Source: Thermoproteota archaeon (lineage in GTDB: Archaea; Thermoproteota; Methanomethylicia; Methanomethylicales; Methanomethylicaceae). Taken from it: a stretch of DNA of 64,000 nucleotides. Positions 1 through 9,835 of this stretch are shown here, one piece after another. Each line of letters starts with the position of its first letter. Within the stretch, counting starts at the first letter, position 1. The notes beneath the pieces were generated by a model. The model saw only the letters and a program-made list of their open reading frames with translations, was not told the DNA's origin and did not search any database. The position numbers and the translations under genes were made by a program. Location: assembly GCA_030055575.1 (NCBI GenBank), contig JASFYL010000002.1, positions 1,780-65,779 of the forward strand, given 5' to 3'.

Positions 1-61
1 ATTCTCGGGCAGTTGATATATAACTTTGGGGGACTCGCATGGGTGTTCGCTGAGTGCAGGG

Positions 62-895
62 TCATCCCAACCTAGCGTACGAGGCGATCAACAGGTAAAT
101 CCCTACCATAGTGAAGACTATGACCCCGCTAGTCGCCACGTTGTAGAATGAGGAGATGATTATCCCTACCACGGTGCTTAATACACCTATCGTCACTGTT
201 GCCAAGACTGTCTCTCTGAAAGGAAGACGAAGCTGGAGGGCTGCGAGCGCGGGGAGTACTATGAGCGCTACCACGAGTATGATTCCGATTATCCTGATGG
301 ACAGTATAATCGTCACTGCCACTATCAGGTTGAAGACGGCAGAGAGCGGTTTCACCGGGATGCCCATCATCCTCGATGACTCCTCGTCGAAGGTTATCGC
401 GAGGAGCTCCTTGTGGAATAGCGTGAGGAAAGCTAGAACCGCGACTGCTAGGGCGGAGACAAGGGCCAAGTCCTGCCTACTGATAGAGAGTATCGAGCCG
501 AAGAGGTAGCTGAAGAGGTCAACGCTGAACCCACCCGCTAGGCTGACCACGATAAGACCGGCAGAGAACCCGAGCGCCAGCATCACCGCAGTGGCGGAGT
601 CGGACTGGGCAAGACCCTTATTCCGCAAGTAGCTGATGCCGAAGACGCCGATTATCGAGACTGCGAGGGCGCTCAGCACCGGGTCTATGCCGAAGAAGAG
701 GCCCAGCGCGATTCCCCCGAAGGCGGTGTGTGCCACACCGTCAACTATCATCGCTTCCCTGCGGAGGACAAGGAAGAGACCGATCCATCCACATGCGAAG
801 GCAGCTAGAACGCCCCCAAGGATCGCATGCTGGAAGAACTGGTACCCCAATAGATCGATGAATGAAACAGAAGGACTAATCATGGCTGAACTCAC
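62..895 (-). CDS. znuB: Metal (Zn/Mn-type) ABC transporter permease
   Basis: 277-aa polytopic membrane protein. Its start overlaps the end of the upstream ATPase gene, and it is the last gene of an SBP-ATPase-permease operon. The overall pattern is typical of the ZnuB/MntB/TroC family. Confidence 0.8.
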   Translation of the reverse strand: MSSAMISPSVSFIDLLGYQFFQHAILGGVLAAFACGWIGLFLVLRREAMIVDGVAHTAFGGIALGLFFGIDPVLSALAVSIIGVFGISYLRNKGLAQSDSATAVMLALGFSAGLIVVSLAGGFSVDLFSYLFGSILSISRQDLALVSALAVAVLAFLTLFHKELLAITFDEESSRMMGIPVKPLSAVFNLIVAVTIILSIRIIGIILVVALIVLPALAALQLRLPFRETVLATVTIGVLSTVVGIIISSFYNVATSGVIVFTMVGIYLLIASYARLG

Positions 896-1655
896 CCCTG
901 CACTCGTGCCTATGGAAGACGAAGTGGAAGTGATCCCCGTATGCCTTCCTCAGTATCTCGTTCGGGTCGGTGTCCGGTCTGATCTCGGCGACATTGACCT
1001 CACGGTTGACGCATATGAGCCTCGACATCCTGCAGAAGACAGCGGTGAGGTCGTGGGAGACCATCAGGATGGTGATCCCCTTCCTCTGGTTCAGGTCGCT
1101 CATCTTCTGGTAGAACTTCTCCTGAGTCGCGGCATCCACTCCGGCTACTGGCTCATCAAGGATGATCAATTCAGGATCCCTGACGAGAGCCATTGCGACG
1201 AACATCCTCTGCTTCTGCCCCCCGGAAAGCTCGCCTATGCGCTTAGCCGAGGCATCTGAGATGCCCATGAACTCGAGCGCGGAGTCGACCTTGCTCCAGT
1301 CATCTCGCCTGAGCGGTCTCCCGAGGTTCCTCTTGCCGAGCCTGCCAAGGGAGACGAGCTCACGAACTGAGAGGGGGAAGCCAGGGTCGAAGTTTATTGC
1401 GTCCTGGGACACGTACGCTACCTTCTCCCACTCCGAGAACCTCTCGAGATCTTTGCCGAAGATCCTGATTGTGCCGCTCTGCCTAGGCAGGAGCCCGAGC
1501 ATTGCCAAGAGGAGCGTAGTCTTCCCCCCTCCGTTGGGGCCGACTACACCAACATAGTCCCCCCTGAATATCTCGAACTTCGCGTCATGTATCACAAGGG
1601 AGCCTGATCTAGCTACGTTGAGTCCCTTGACCTCAATCAACGCTTCTTTTCCCAA
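876..1655 (-). CDS. znuC: Metal ABC transporter ATP-binding protein
   Basis: Walker A GPNGGGKTTLL, ABC signature LSGGQKQR, Walker B IILDEP. TTG start with GAGGTG 9 nt upstream. Confidence 0.85.
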   Translation of the reverse strand: MGKEALIEVKGLNVARSGSLVIHDAKFEIFRGDYVGVVGPNGGGKTTLLLAMLGLLPRQSGTIRIFGKDLERFSEWEKVAYVSQDAINFDPGFPLSVRELVSLGRLGKRNLGRPLRRDDWSKVDSALEFMGISDASAKRIGELSGGQKQRMFVAMALVRDPELIILDEPVAGVDAATQEKFYQKMSDLNQRKGITILMVSHDLTAVFCRMSRLICVNREVNVAEIRPDTDPNEILRKAYGDHFHFVFHRHECRGEFSHD

Positions 1656-1716
1656 GGGATGACCACCTCGTCGGCATTCATGAGCGATATGCCGCGCGTA
1701 TTATAAAAATGGTTGG

Positions 1717-2667
1717 TCAGCCTTTGACCAACCCATCCTTCAGGCTCTCAAGGTTAGACTCTAGCTGCCCGATATAGTCCTTCCCGTCAGAAGGTCCGAG
1801 ACCGAGGTAGAGCTTCAGGATCTTCACATCCATTCCGGTCTGCCTCTCCAGCTCGCTCCTGAGGGTCACGATGTAGGCATCCGAATATGCAGGATCCACG
1901 TAAAGTACAGATATGTTGCTCTCAATCATCTTAGAGACCAAGGATGTCAGGTCCTGGACGCTAGGCTGCCTGTCGGCGGAGATGCCGATCACGCTGTACT
2001 GCTCAAAGCCGTACCTGTGGGCTAGGTACCCAAAGGCACCGTGTGAGACGATAATCCCTGGCTTTGTCTTGTTTGCAAGCCCAGACTGATAGGCGTTGTC
2101 AAGCGAAGAGAGCCTATCCCTGAGGGACTCCCACCTCTGCCGGTAGTAAGCGGCGTTGGTAGGATCAAGGTCGACGAGCACCAAATACACCCTTTCAGCC
2201 TGCCTCTCGGCCATGTAAGGCGAAACCCAAGTGTGGGGGTCTAAATCTCCTTCGTGTGCGTGGCCATGGTCATCGCCCTCGCTTTCCTCGATGTGGAGGA
2301 GGTCGAGTCCAGCCGTCGTATCTACAAGAACCTTGCCTGTCACGTTCACGGAGCCCAAGAGATTATTTAGCCAAGACTCGAGTCCCGCACCGTTGAAGAC
2401 CACCGCATCAGCCTCTTCGATAGCCAGCATATCCGCCACGGAAGGTTGCCAGGAATGGACCTCTGAATTGTAGGGTATGAGGGATCTCACCGAGACGCGG
2501 TCTCCGCCTATCTCCTGGGTAATGTAAGCAAGGGGGTAGAAGGTCGCCACAACCTTGAGTTTTCCTTCGCCTGAATTGGGTACTCCCCCCATTGCGTAAG
2601 CCCCTATCGCGATTATAACTATTGTAATTGATACCGCGACCAAAAAAAGTGCCTGGCGCTGCTTCAT
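1717..2667 (-). CDS. znuA: Metal ABC transporter substrate-binding protein with His-rich loop (ZnuA-like)
   Basis: N-terminal signal/anchor helix (LFLVAVSITIVIIAIGAYA). Acidic, His-rich loop EGDDHGHAHEGDLDPH as in zinc-binding ZnuA proteins. First gene of the operon. Confidence 0.8.
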   Translation of the reverse strand: MKQRQALFLVAVSITIVIIAIGAYAMGGVPNSGEGKLKVVATFYPLAYITQEIGGDRVSVRSLIPYNSEVHSWQPSVADMLAIEEADAVVFNGAGLESWLNNLLGSVNVTGKVLVDTTAGLDLLHIEESEGDDHGHAHEGDLDPHTWVSPYMAERQAERVYLVLVDLDPTNAAYYRQRWESLRDRLSSLDNAYQSGLANKTKPGIIVSHGAFGYLAHRYGFEQYSVIGISADRQPSVQDLTSLVSKMIESNISVLYVDPAYSDAYIVTLRSELERQTGMDVKILKLYLGLGPSDGKDYIGQLESNLESLKDGLVKG

Positions 2668-2813
2668 ACCGCTACCACGAAAATATATCGCGGGCGCTTG
2701 CTTATTAAGATTTTCGTGTAAATTTAATAATAAATATTAAAAATTATTTCTTATATTAATAAGATGTGGGACAGCATGGCATTATTTAATTGTGGGGAAA
2801 GTGGTTTTAGATT

Positions 2814-3620
2814 ATGCTCGAGCCGCTGAAGTCTAAGTTGAGGGAGAAGAAGGGTTTCATATTCGACCTTGACGGATGCATCTATCGCGGAGATAGGCCG
2901 ATCGATGGGGCGCCTGAGGCGATCCTCGCCCTTAGGGGGGGAGGGAAGAGGATACTCTTCCTCACCAACAACTCGACCAAGACCCCAAGCGAGTACGTGG
3001 AGAAGCTGAGGCGGATGGGGCTCTGCGTCGAGGAGAGGGAGGTTCTCACTTCATCCGTAGCGACGGCGATCTACATGAGGGATCTCGGAATTGGGGGATG
3101 CTTCGTGGTAGGCGAGCAGGGGCTGATCTCGGCGCTTGAGGGCGGCGGTTTCAGGATCTTAGGTGCCGACGAAGCCAAGATGGCTAAGTACGTTGTGTGC
3201 GGGCTCGACACCAGGCTCACGTACGAGAAGTTGGCAGCCGCCTGCAGGGCGATCCAATGCGGGGCAACGTTCATCGCAACGAATCTAGACCCTAACATGC
3301 CCGTGGAAGAGGGATACATACCCGGAGCGGGCGCCATCGTCAGCGCTTTGGTCACAGCGACGCGCGTGAAGCCTATTGTGATCGGAAAGCCCTCTAGGAT
3401 CATAATGAAGATCGCGCTTGAGAAGATCGGGCTGGACAAAAGGGACGTAGTGATGGTGGGGGACACGCTCAACATTGACATAGCTGCAGCCAAGAACGCG
3501 AGGATTACCTCTTTGCTCGTGCTCTCCGGGTCGACTAGTGTGAAGGACTTGGCTGGGAGTCGAGTAAAGCCCGACGAGGTGATCCAGAGCGTTGCTGAGC
3601 TCAAGGGGCTCTTCTATTGA
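2814..3620 (+). CDS. HAD-superfamily hydrolase, subfamily IIA (NagD-like sugar phosphatase)
   Basis: Motif I FIFDLDGCIYRG, LTNNS motif, C-terminal GDTLNIDI motif. ATG start. Confidence 0.75.
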   Translation: MLEPLKSKLREKKGFIFDLDGCIYRGDRPIDGAPEAILALRGGGKRILFLTNNSTKTPSEYVEKLRRMGLCVEEREVLTSSVATAIYMRDLGIGGCFVVGEQGLISALEGGGFRILGADEAKMAKYVVCGLDTRLTYEKLAAACRAIQCGATFIATNLDPNMPVEEGYIPGAGAIVSALVTATRVKPIVIGKPSRIIMKIALEKIGLDKRDVVMVGDTLNIDIAAAKNARITSLLVLSGSTSVKDLAGSRVKPDEVIQSVAELKGLFY

Positions 3621-3684
3621 GGTGAGACGGGTCAATAAATTGAGACATAAAGAGGGTGGTGAGGGGATGCACTATGCGGTAAGC

Positions 3685-4344
3685 TCACCCGACGACCCTC
3701 CCTCCACAGTATGCGAGGACGATCCCTTGGCATACTTCCTTGGCTCCTTCCAGCACCCCATCCTCAACTCCAGGCACCCCACAGATCAGGAGCACTGCGT
3801 TTTTAGTCGAGAGGGTCACCTTGGTCCTCTCTGCATCTCTGTATGGGTAGACCGCAATGATTTCGCAACCGTCGTCCAGAACGACCTCCACTCCGCGAAG
3901 GCGCATCTCCTTCTCCATGCCTATCCCTAGGAAAGACTCGCCTGCCCTAGCGAACCGCATCTTGATGGATCCTCCAATTCGGTCGGCGTCGAACGCCGCA
4001 ATAGGCACCCCTGACCTTACGGAGGCGATGTTGTAGGCGTCCACGAGGGTGTTGACCGTTGGTATTGACCTCCCGGAGAGGATACGCCTTATCAGGGCTT
4101 CGCTGGCTGGTCTAGTCTTGGTGGGATCGACGCCCACTTCCCAGAAAAAGTCCCTATATTTCCTCACCAGCGGCTGTTCTTTCAGGGACTCGAGCGTATA
4201 CTTTGATCTGACCTCTGATGCAACCTTCAGCTTCTCTTCCTCGAGGGATGGGGCGGCATCCACCACACGCAACCCTTCGATCTGCAACTCGACTACCCTG
4301 AGCCCTGGGAAGGATCGCCTGACCTGGTCGTCGATTAGAACCAT
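3685..4344 (-). CDS. B3/B4 domain-containing protein (PheT B3/B4-like, tRNA-binding/editing fold)
   Basis: 219 aa. The segment NTLVDAYNIASVRSGVPIAAFD resembles stand-alone B3/B4 domain proteins. Confidence 0.55.
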   Translation of the reverse strand: MVLIDDQVRRSFPGLRVVELQIEGLRVVDAAPSLEEEKLKVASEVRSKYTLESLKEQPLVRKYRDFFWEVGVDPTKTRPASEALIRRILSGRSIPTVNTLVDAYNIASVRSGVPIAAFDADRIGGSIKMRFARAGESFLGIGMEKEMRLRGVEVVLDDGCEIIAVYPYRDAERTKVTLSTKNAVLLICGVPGVEDGVLEGAKEVCQGIVLAYCGGRVVG

Positions 4345-4747
4345 GACATACTTTTGAGCGTACTCATTTTTAGGCTTCTCTGCAGGACAGTCTTGTGCTG
4401 ATTTGATTGTTGTCTATGCCTAGCCAATTTGGCAACGGAATAGCAGCCACTCGTGGATGGTGCCCCATCATGATGGCAACATCATTGCCGAAATGGAGCC
4501 TTTGGCTAATGGATCAGATTGTTCATCCTCCCATCTAGAGTCAAAGAGAAAGAAGCTCATGACGGGACGCGACCAAGGACCGATCAGTTACATTATCCGT
4601 TCTGGATCCAAGAGCCGCTAACCAACTGTCGCTACCTAGACCAATCCAGCCTAAATTGGATCTCCCAAAACATTTCCCGTAAGCGCTCACTGAAGCTATT
4701 TCGTCCCCCGTGCCTGTGGTCTGTCCGAGAAACTGATCAGCTTCATG

Positions 4748-4954
4748 CTAATGGGTAACTCGCTCGACCAAGACTCTCCCTTGGCTGACTCCGGCTAATG
4801 GGGGGAGAATGTGTGATAGAAGCTGTTCCGCTGTACAATGCCTAATTATCCCCTTAGAGCTGATCTGGATCCACCCTTCCTTCTCCCTGCGATACGTTTG
4901 GTACAAACGTCCGTGCTTGCTTACGATCTTGATAACGCATTCGCAGTTCTTCAT
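4748..4954 (-). CDS. Small hypothetical protein (68 aa)
   Basis: ATG start preceded by GGTGAT about 6 nt upstream. Lies in the lower-GC gap. No recognisable family. Confidence 0.3.
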   Translation of the reverse strand: MKNCECVIKIVSKHGRLYQTYRREKEGWIQISSKGIIRHCTAEQLLSHILPPLAGVSQGRVLVERVTH

Positions 4955-5314
4955 TAAATATCACCAACCGGATTAAGGAACGGTGATCCTCTGCCTCTTA
5001 ACACATATAAGTACACTTTTCTCGCTAACAGTCTGCAAATTAATTGGCAGATTTCAAAAACGAGCACGTATCGTCACCAAGAAAGCCAACCACCGCTGAA
5101 ATGCCTAATAGGGAGATTGAACTTGGATTCGTATGGATTCCAACATTCCGCTTAGGTAGCACATCCAAAACCTGCAGGGCGATTAGGAACTGGCAACAGG
5201 CTGCGGACTGCACATCCTGCAATGTCAGCTAACCAGTAGGCGCCGAAGCAGCGGGTTCGATGGCTACCATGATTGGACCTCCAAGAAGGGTTGAAAAACG
5301 AAAAATGATGAAAT

Positions 5315-5820
5315 ATGTCCCCCTCCTCGATAACCGCCCTTCGCCTTGGATTAGTCCTGCTGCTCGTCCTTCTGGTGGAGAAAGGAATGATGCTTCATGG
5401 CGCAACTTTTTTTCTCTTCCTTTTACTCACGGATTTTGACGGACATCTGGCAAGGAGGTGGAAGGCAACAATCAAGTTTGAGCCTATTTTTATGCAACGG
5501 CAGACTTTCCTCATTTTTTTGCTTTTTTTGACATTGGTCCGGAAGGCTTCTACGAATGGTAAATACCGATCTTGGTGACTTCAGTCTTCGTATGGTCCGT
5601 TTTGACGGGCATTTCGTTTAGTAAGGTCAACGATCCTGTCGGGAAGTACTACGGTACCGGACTCTACATTACGGCTCTCTCCAGGTTCATCTATTCTGGG
5701 CAGGTCCTGTGCGACATGGTTACGGCAGGAATCCTGGCGCTGTCCGTGGCTTCGATCTTAAGCCGAACAATTCCATCTCTTAAGAAGGCAGATCTAGGCA
5801 AAAACACACAACTCGAGTAA
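5315..5820 (+). pseudogene. Possible degenerate, frameshifted CDP-alcohol phosphatidyltransferase-like remnant
   Basis: Two abutting hydrophobic ORFs in different frames (5315-5578 and 5572-5820). The first contains TDFDGHLARRWK, which resembles the D-x-x-D-G-x-x-A-R motif. The spacing is off, and the downstream G-x3-D-x3-D part reads FEPIFMQRQT, so it is lost. Confidence 0.3.
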
Positions 5821-5886
5821 GCGTGTATGTAACCCTAACAGATTCGTCAAATGCCAATCCCATAAATGGAAAAATGGTGGAAAAAA

Positions 5887-6819
5887 TTACTTGGTAAGTA
5901 GCCTCCAGGAGAGGACTATCCCCACCGCAGAGAAGACCGCCGCAAAGGCCGCCAGGTATGCAAAGTCGAATGCAAGGCTCGCCATCCCGCCCGACCCGAG
6001 CAGCAACTGCCTCCCTATGTCTGTCGCGTAGCTGATCGGGTTCACCTTGACGAACGCCTGGAGCCACTCCGGCATGAAGCTGGCGGGGAATAGTGCGTTG
6101 CTCCCGAAGAGGAGCGGCAGGTTCAGGAGGTTGACTATCGCCATCTGGGTGTTCTGGTTAGTCGACCTGAGCGCCAGCATCAGGAATATCGAGGAGAACC
6201 CGAAGGAGAGCAGCGCCAGCGAGAAGAATGCCCCTAGCACCCCCAGCACAGTCATGCTGGACGTGCTCATCCCGAAGAGCACCGCCAGTAATAGGATAAT
6301 CGCAGCCTGGACAACCGAACGGATGACGCTGGAGAGTATCTTCGACATCACTATCGAGCCGCGTGCCACCGGTGTGCTCATCACCTTGTTGAGAGTCCCC
6401 AACCTCCTGTCCCATACGATAGACATCCCACTGAACATGGCGGTGAATATAACGATGAATGAGAGCATCCCTACTGCCAAGAACGAGAAGTAGTCAGAGG
6501 TGCCGAAGACATTCAGCATCAGCATATTCCCCAGCTGGTTAATGATCTCCTTTGGTATGTTCAGCCCAGGGATGTTGAAAGCACCGTCGGTGAAGACAGC
6601 CCCGAAGTTCATCGCCTTGCCGAAGAGCCCGAGCCAGAGCACGGGCTGTATGAGCGATAGGAGCAATATAACCGGGTTCTTGTACCACTTCTTCAGCTCC
6701 CGGTTGGTCAGCGCCCAAAGTCCGTGGTACGGGCTGCTGCTTATGATCGTCGAGTTAGAACGATCCTGACCCGCCGGAACGGTTCCCGGTGAGATTGTCT
6801 CTGCGGTCAAATCGCTCAC
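5887..6819 (-). CDS. ABC-2 type exporter permease
   Basis: 310-aa six-helix membrane protein. GTGA start/stop overlap with the upstream ATPase gene. ABC-2 (DrrB-like) architecture. Confidence 0.8.
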   Translation of the reverse strand: MSDLTAETISPGTVPAGQDRSNSTIISSSPYHGLWALTNRELKKWYKNPVILLLSLIQPVLWLGLFGKAMNFGAVFTDGAFNIPGLNIPKEIINQLGNMLMLNVFGTSDYFSFLAVGMLSFIVIFTAMFSGMSIVWDRRLGTLNKVMSTPVARGSIVMSKILSSVIRSVVQAAIILLLAVLFGMSTSSMTVLGVLGAFFSLALLSFGFSSIFLMLALRSTNQNTQMAIVNLLNLPLLFGSNALFPASFMPEWLQAFVKVNPISYATDIGRQLLLGSGGMASLAFDFAYLAAFAAVFSAVGIVLSWRLLTK

Positions 6820-7874
6820 CTCCTCGCCCTCCTCATAGTCATCCTCTGCCTCATCACTTGCGCCCGGTCCCCGTTCTCCTCCCGGATAGACTTGCCCGTC
6901 AGCTCAAGATAGACCTGGTCCAGCGAGGGGCGTGTCAGCGAGATCCTGCTGACCCTGTATCCCTTCGACCTGAGCGCGTCGATGACCATGGGAGCCGTCA
7001 CATCGCCCAGCTCAGACTTTATCCGGTACTCCGAAGACGACACCCTCTTCACATCTTTGACATGCTGCACTTCGGCGATGAGGGGGACCAGATCATCGTC
7101 GCCCCCTTGGACGCCAAGCTCGATGATGTCACCGCCGAGGCTGTCCTTCAGTTCCTTCGGGCTCCCTATCTTGACGATCTTGCCGTGGTCTATGATCGCT
7201 ATCCTGTCACAGAGCGAGTCCGCCTCCTCAAGGTAGTGTGTGGTAAGGAAAAGAGTCATCCCGTACTCATCCTTTAGTCGCCTTATGTACTGCCACACTG
7301 CCGCCCTCGTCTGGACATCCAGTCCCAGCGTTGGCTCGTCCAGGAAGAGAACCCGGGGGTGGTTTATCAGGCCGCACGCGAGCTCCAGCCTCCTGCGCAT
7401 CCCACCCGAGTACGTCTCCACCTTCCGATCCTTTGCTGCCTCAAGCTCAACGAGCTTCAGCAGCTCATCCGCCCTCTCCCTGGAGATCTTCCGGGGGATG
7501 CCGTAGAGGTCTGCGCAGAACATGATGTTCTCGTAACCCGTCAGGTCCTCGTCGGCGGTGTACTCCTGCGGCACGACACCTATTCTCTTCCTAACTTCGT
7601 TAGGCTCTTTCATGATGTCGAAGCCGCAGACGGTCGCGCTCCCTGAGGTTGGCCTAAGGAGCGTGGTGAGCATGCTTATCGTCGTCGTCTTTCCCGCCCC
7701 GTTCGGGCCAAGGAACCCGAAGATCTCCCCCTCGTAGACATCGAAGGCAACCCCGTCTACCGCGACTACCGTCCCGTTGAAGACCTTCTTGAGGCTCCGG
7801 ATCTGCATTATTGTCTGCTTCTCGATTTTTCCTTCACTCTTTTCCTTGTTGTTCATTTCCACTTCAACGACCAT
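6816..7874 (-). CDS. ABC-2 type exporter ATP-binding protein (DrrA-like)
   Basis: Walker A GPNGAGKTTT, signature YSGGMRRRLELA, Walker B LFLDEP, and a C-terminal accessory domain. Confidence 0.85.
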   Translation of the reverse strand: MVVEVEMNNKEKSEGKIEKQTIMQIRSLKKVFNGTVVAVDGVAFDVYEGEIFGFLGPNGAGKTTTISMLTTLLRPTSGSATVCGFDIMKEPNEVRKRIGVVPQEYTADEDLTGYENIMFCADLYGIPRKISRERADELLKLVELEAAKDRKVETYSGGMRRRLELACGLINHPRVLFLDEPTLGLDVQTRAAVWQYIRRLKDEYGMTLFLTTHYLEEADSLCDRIAIIDHGKIVKIGSPKELKDSLGGDIIELGVQGGDDDLVPLIAEVQHVKDVKRVSSSEYRIKSELGDVTAPMVIDALRSKGYRVSRISLTRPSLDQVYLELTGKSIREENGDRAQVMRQRMTMRRARR

Positions 7875-7889
7875 TTTCAGATCACCTGA

Positions 7890-8471
7890 TCAACCAGATC
7901 GATATCTCTCACCGGCCAGATCCTTCAGCACCGAATTCACCCACCTCAACTCATTGTCTAGAAGGAGCGAGTACTGTCTGAGGTGGTATACCAGATCTTC
8001 TCCCGGATGTTCTCCAGGCTGGAGCCGGCATGCTGCCCTCACCATCTCAAAATGACCCTTTGTGGATTCCACCAGAAACCCCAGCGCATCGCGATCGCCC
8101 ATCATCTCGAGGAAGATCCCTCGGAGCGAGTCCATCCGCTTACCCGACGAACGGATTGTCCTCTTCATCTTCTCAAGCAGGTCCCTCCCCTTAGGGGTCA
8201 GCGAGTAGACCTTCTGATCCGACTCCTCCTCCTGGCGCTGGCACTCAATGAAGCCAGCGGCTACCATCTTCTTCAGCATTGGGTAGAGCGCGCCCGGCTT
8301 GGGGCGCCATGCCCCGCCCGTCCTCATCTCGACATCGTGGAGTATCTCGTATCCGTGCGATGGTTTCATGCTGAGCCGGTGGAGTATGTAAAGGAAGAGG
8401 AGACCCCTCGGGGCTGACTGCTTCGCGAACTCAAGACCGGCACCGGGATCGCAGCTGGACTGATCTGGCAT
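7890..8471 (-). CDS. PadR family transcriptional regulator
   Basis: Winged-helix segment HGYEILHDVEMRTGGAWRPKPGALYPMLKKMVAAGFI. Lies upstream of, and on the same strand as, the ABC-2 exporter genes. Confidence 0.8.
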   Translation of the reverse strand: MPDQSSCDPGAGLEFAKQSAPRGLLFLYILHRLSMKPSHGYEILHDVEMRTGGAWRPKPGALYPMLKKMVAAGFIECQRQEEESDQKVYSLTPKGRDLLEKMKRTIRSSGKRMDSLRGIFLEMMGDRDALGFLVESTKGHFEMVRAACRLQPGEHPGEDLVYHLRQYSLLLDNELRWVNSVLKDLAGERYRSG

Positions 8472-8559
8472 ACGTCAACGGATGCCCTCGCATGTATTTA
8501 AATGTATCTTATAAGAAATATTCAGTGATACACTCGATCCGGTTATACTTGCGGCTTCC

Positions 8560-9549
8560 TTGTGTGCGAGGCGAAAAGATTTAATCTTTAGCCGAGAACT
8601 TCCTTCGGTGTCCTTTTTGGAGATTGTAACAGATCCGATCACTGGGAAGCAGGTCGAAGTTGTGAGGAATTCCGATCTAAAGTTCGGTACCCCGAGGCGG
8701 GGGAAGGTGAGGGATGTCTACGACTTGGGGCAGGAGCTGCTGATCTACCACACTGACAGGATCTCGGCTTTCGATGTCGTTATGCCGACCCTGATCCCCC
8801 ACAAGGGCGAGTCGCTCCTGAAGCTCTCGGTCTACTGGATGGAGAGGAGCAGGAAGGTCTTTCCGAACCACTTTATAGAGGCATTGGACAGTAGGACGAT
8901 CCGGGTGAGGAAGGCAAAGAGGATCGATGTGGAGTGGGTCGTCAGGAAGTACCTCTACGGGTCTCTCTGGAGGGCATATAGGGATGGGAGGAGGGAGATG
9001 TACGGGCTGAGGTTCCCGGACGGGCTTAGGATGGCGGAGGAACTGCCGGAGCCCGTGCTGACCCCGACTACGAAGGCAGATGTGGGGCACGACGAGGAGA
9101 TCTCCAAGGAGGAAGCAATCGCCAAGGGGCTGGTCGACCGAGAAACATGGAAAATCCTAGAGGAAGCCACGCTCAAGCTCTACGAGTTCTATCAGTCCGA
9201 AGCCAAGAGGAGGGGCATAATCATCCCGGACTTCAAGATAGAGTTCGGAATAGCCGGCGGCGAGCTCATACAGATAGACGAGCCCCCGACGCATGACTCC
9301 GCCAGGATGTGGTCTTTGAAGCACTACCGCCCGGGAGAGCCCCAGGAGAGCCACTGCCTAGACAAGGAGTTCCTCAGGGAGTGCCTGAGGAGGATGTGCT
9401 TTTCTGGAGACGGGAAACCTCCCGAGCTGCCAGTGGAGGTGGTGAGGGAGATCTCCAAGAGGTGCATTGGAGCATACAAAGTCATATCTGGAGAGTCCAC
9501 TTTGGAGGACTTGGCGCTGGCAAGCGTAGATGACCTATTCAAAAAATAG
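8560..9549 (+). CDS. purC: Phosphoribosylaminoimidazole-succinocarboxamide (SAICAR) synthase
   Basis: RGKVRDVYDL and HTDRISAFD motifs. The ORF begins at an alternative start codon, so the true start may be slightly downstream. Confidence 0.9.
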   Translation: MCARRKDLIFSRELPSVSFLEIVTDPITGKQVEVVRNSDLKFGTPRRGKVRDVYDLGQELLIYHTDRISAFDVVMPTLIPHKGESLLKLSVYWMERSRKVFPNHFIEALDSRTIRVRKAKRIDVEWVVRKYLYGSLWRAYRDGRREMYGLRFPDGLRMAEELPEPVLTPTTKADVGHDEEISKEEAIAKGLVDRETWKILEEATLKLYEFYQSEAKRRGIIIPDFKIEFGIAGGELIQIDEPPTHDSARMWSLKHYRPGEPQESHCLDKEFLRECLRRMCFSGDGKPPELPVEVVREISKRCIGAYKVISGESTLEDLALASVDDLFKK

Positions 9550-9835
9550 GCTGGATCTACAAACACGATCTTTACTTTTTGAAGTGATTTTCCATCGGAG
9601 TTGTCCCATTTCTCTATTTGAATGTCTTCATAAAACCCTTGAACTGCAGGGCCTTCGAGCATCAGCCTTAAGCCAAGGATTTTCCACATCCATAGGAAAT
9701 TGTACGGAATTGCTCCAATTCAATCAGCGGATTCCTTGAACTTCTCACCCCTTGAATGAGGTTGCTACTCACTCCATTGAGCGAACTCTGCTTTTGATAA
9801 ACTAAAATGGAAGTAAGAGAGGGACGCCACGAGCG

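Noticed and set aside
4560-4640. A possible tRNA or tRNA fragment (att-site candidate) on the minus strand. A second T-arm-like string, GCGGGTTCGATGGC, lies at about 5250-5263.
   Set aside because: I could not build a D-stem, anticodon stem or a complementary T-stem/acceptor. For the second site, GCGGG has no downstream CCCGC partner. No cloverleaf is supportable by eye.
9324-9689. A 121-aa minus-strand ORF downstream of purC.
   Set aside because: Most of it is antisense to the purC 3' end, and the remainder has no start context or motif. The 285-nt spacer 9550-9835 is left unannotated.
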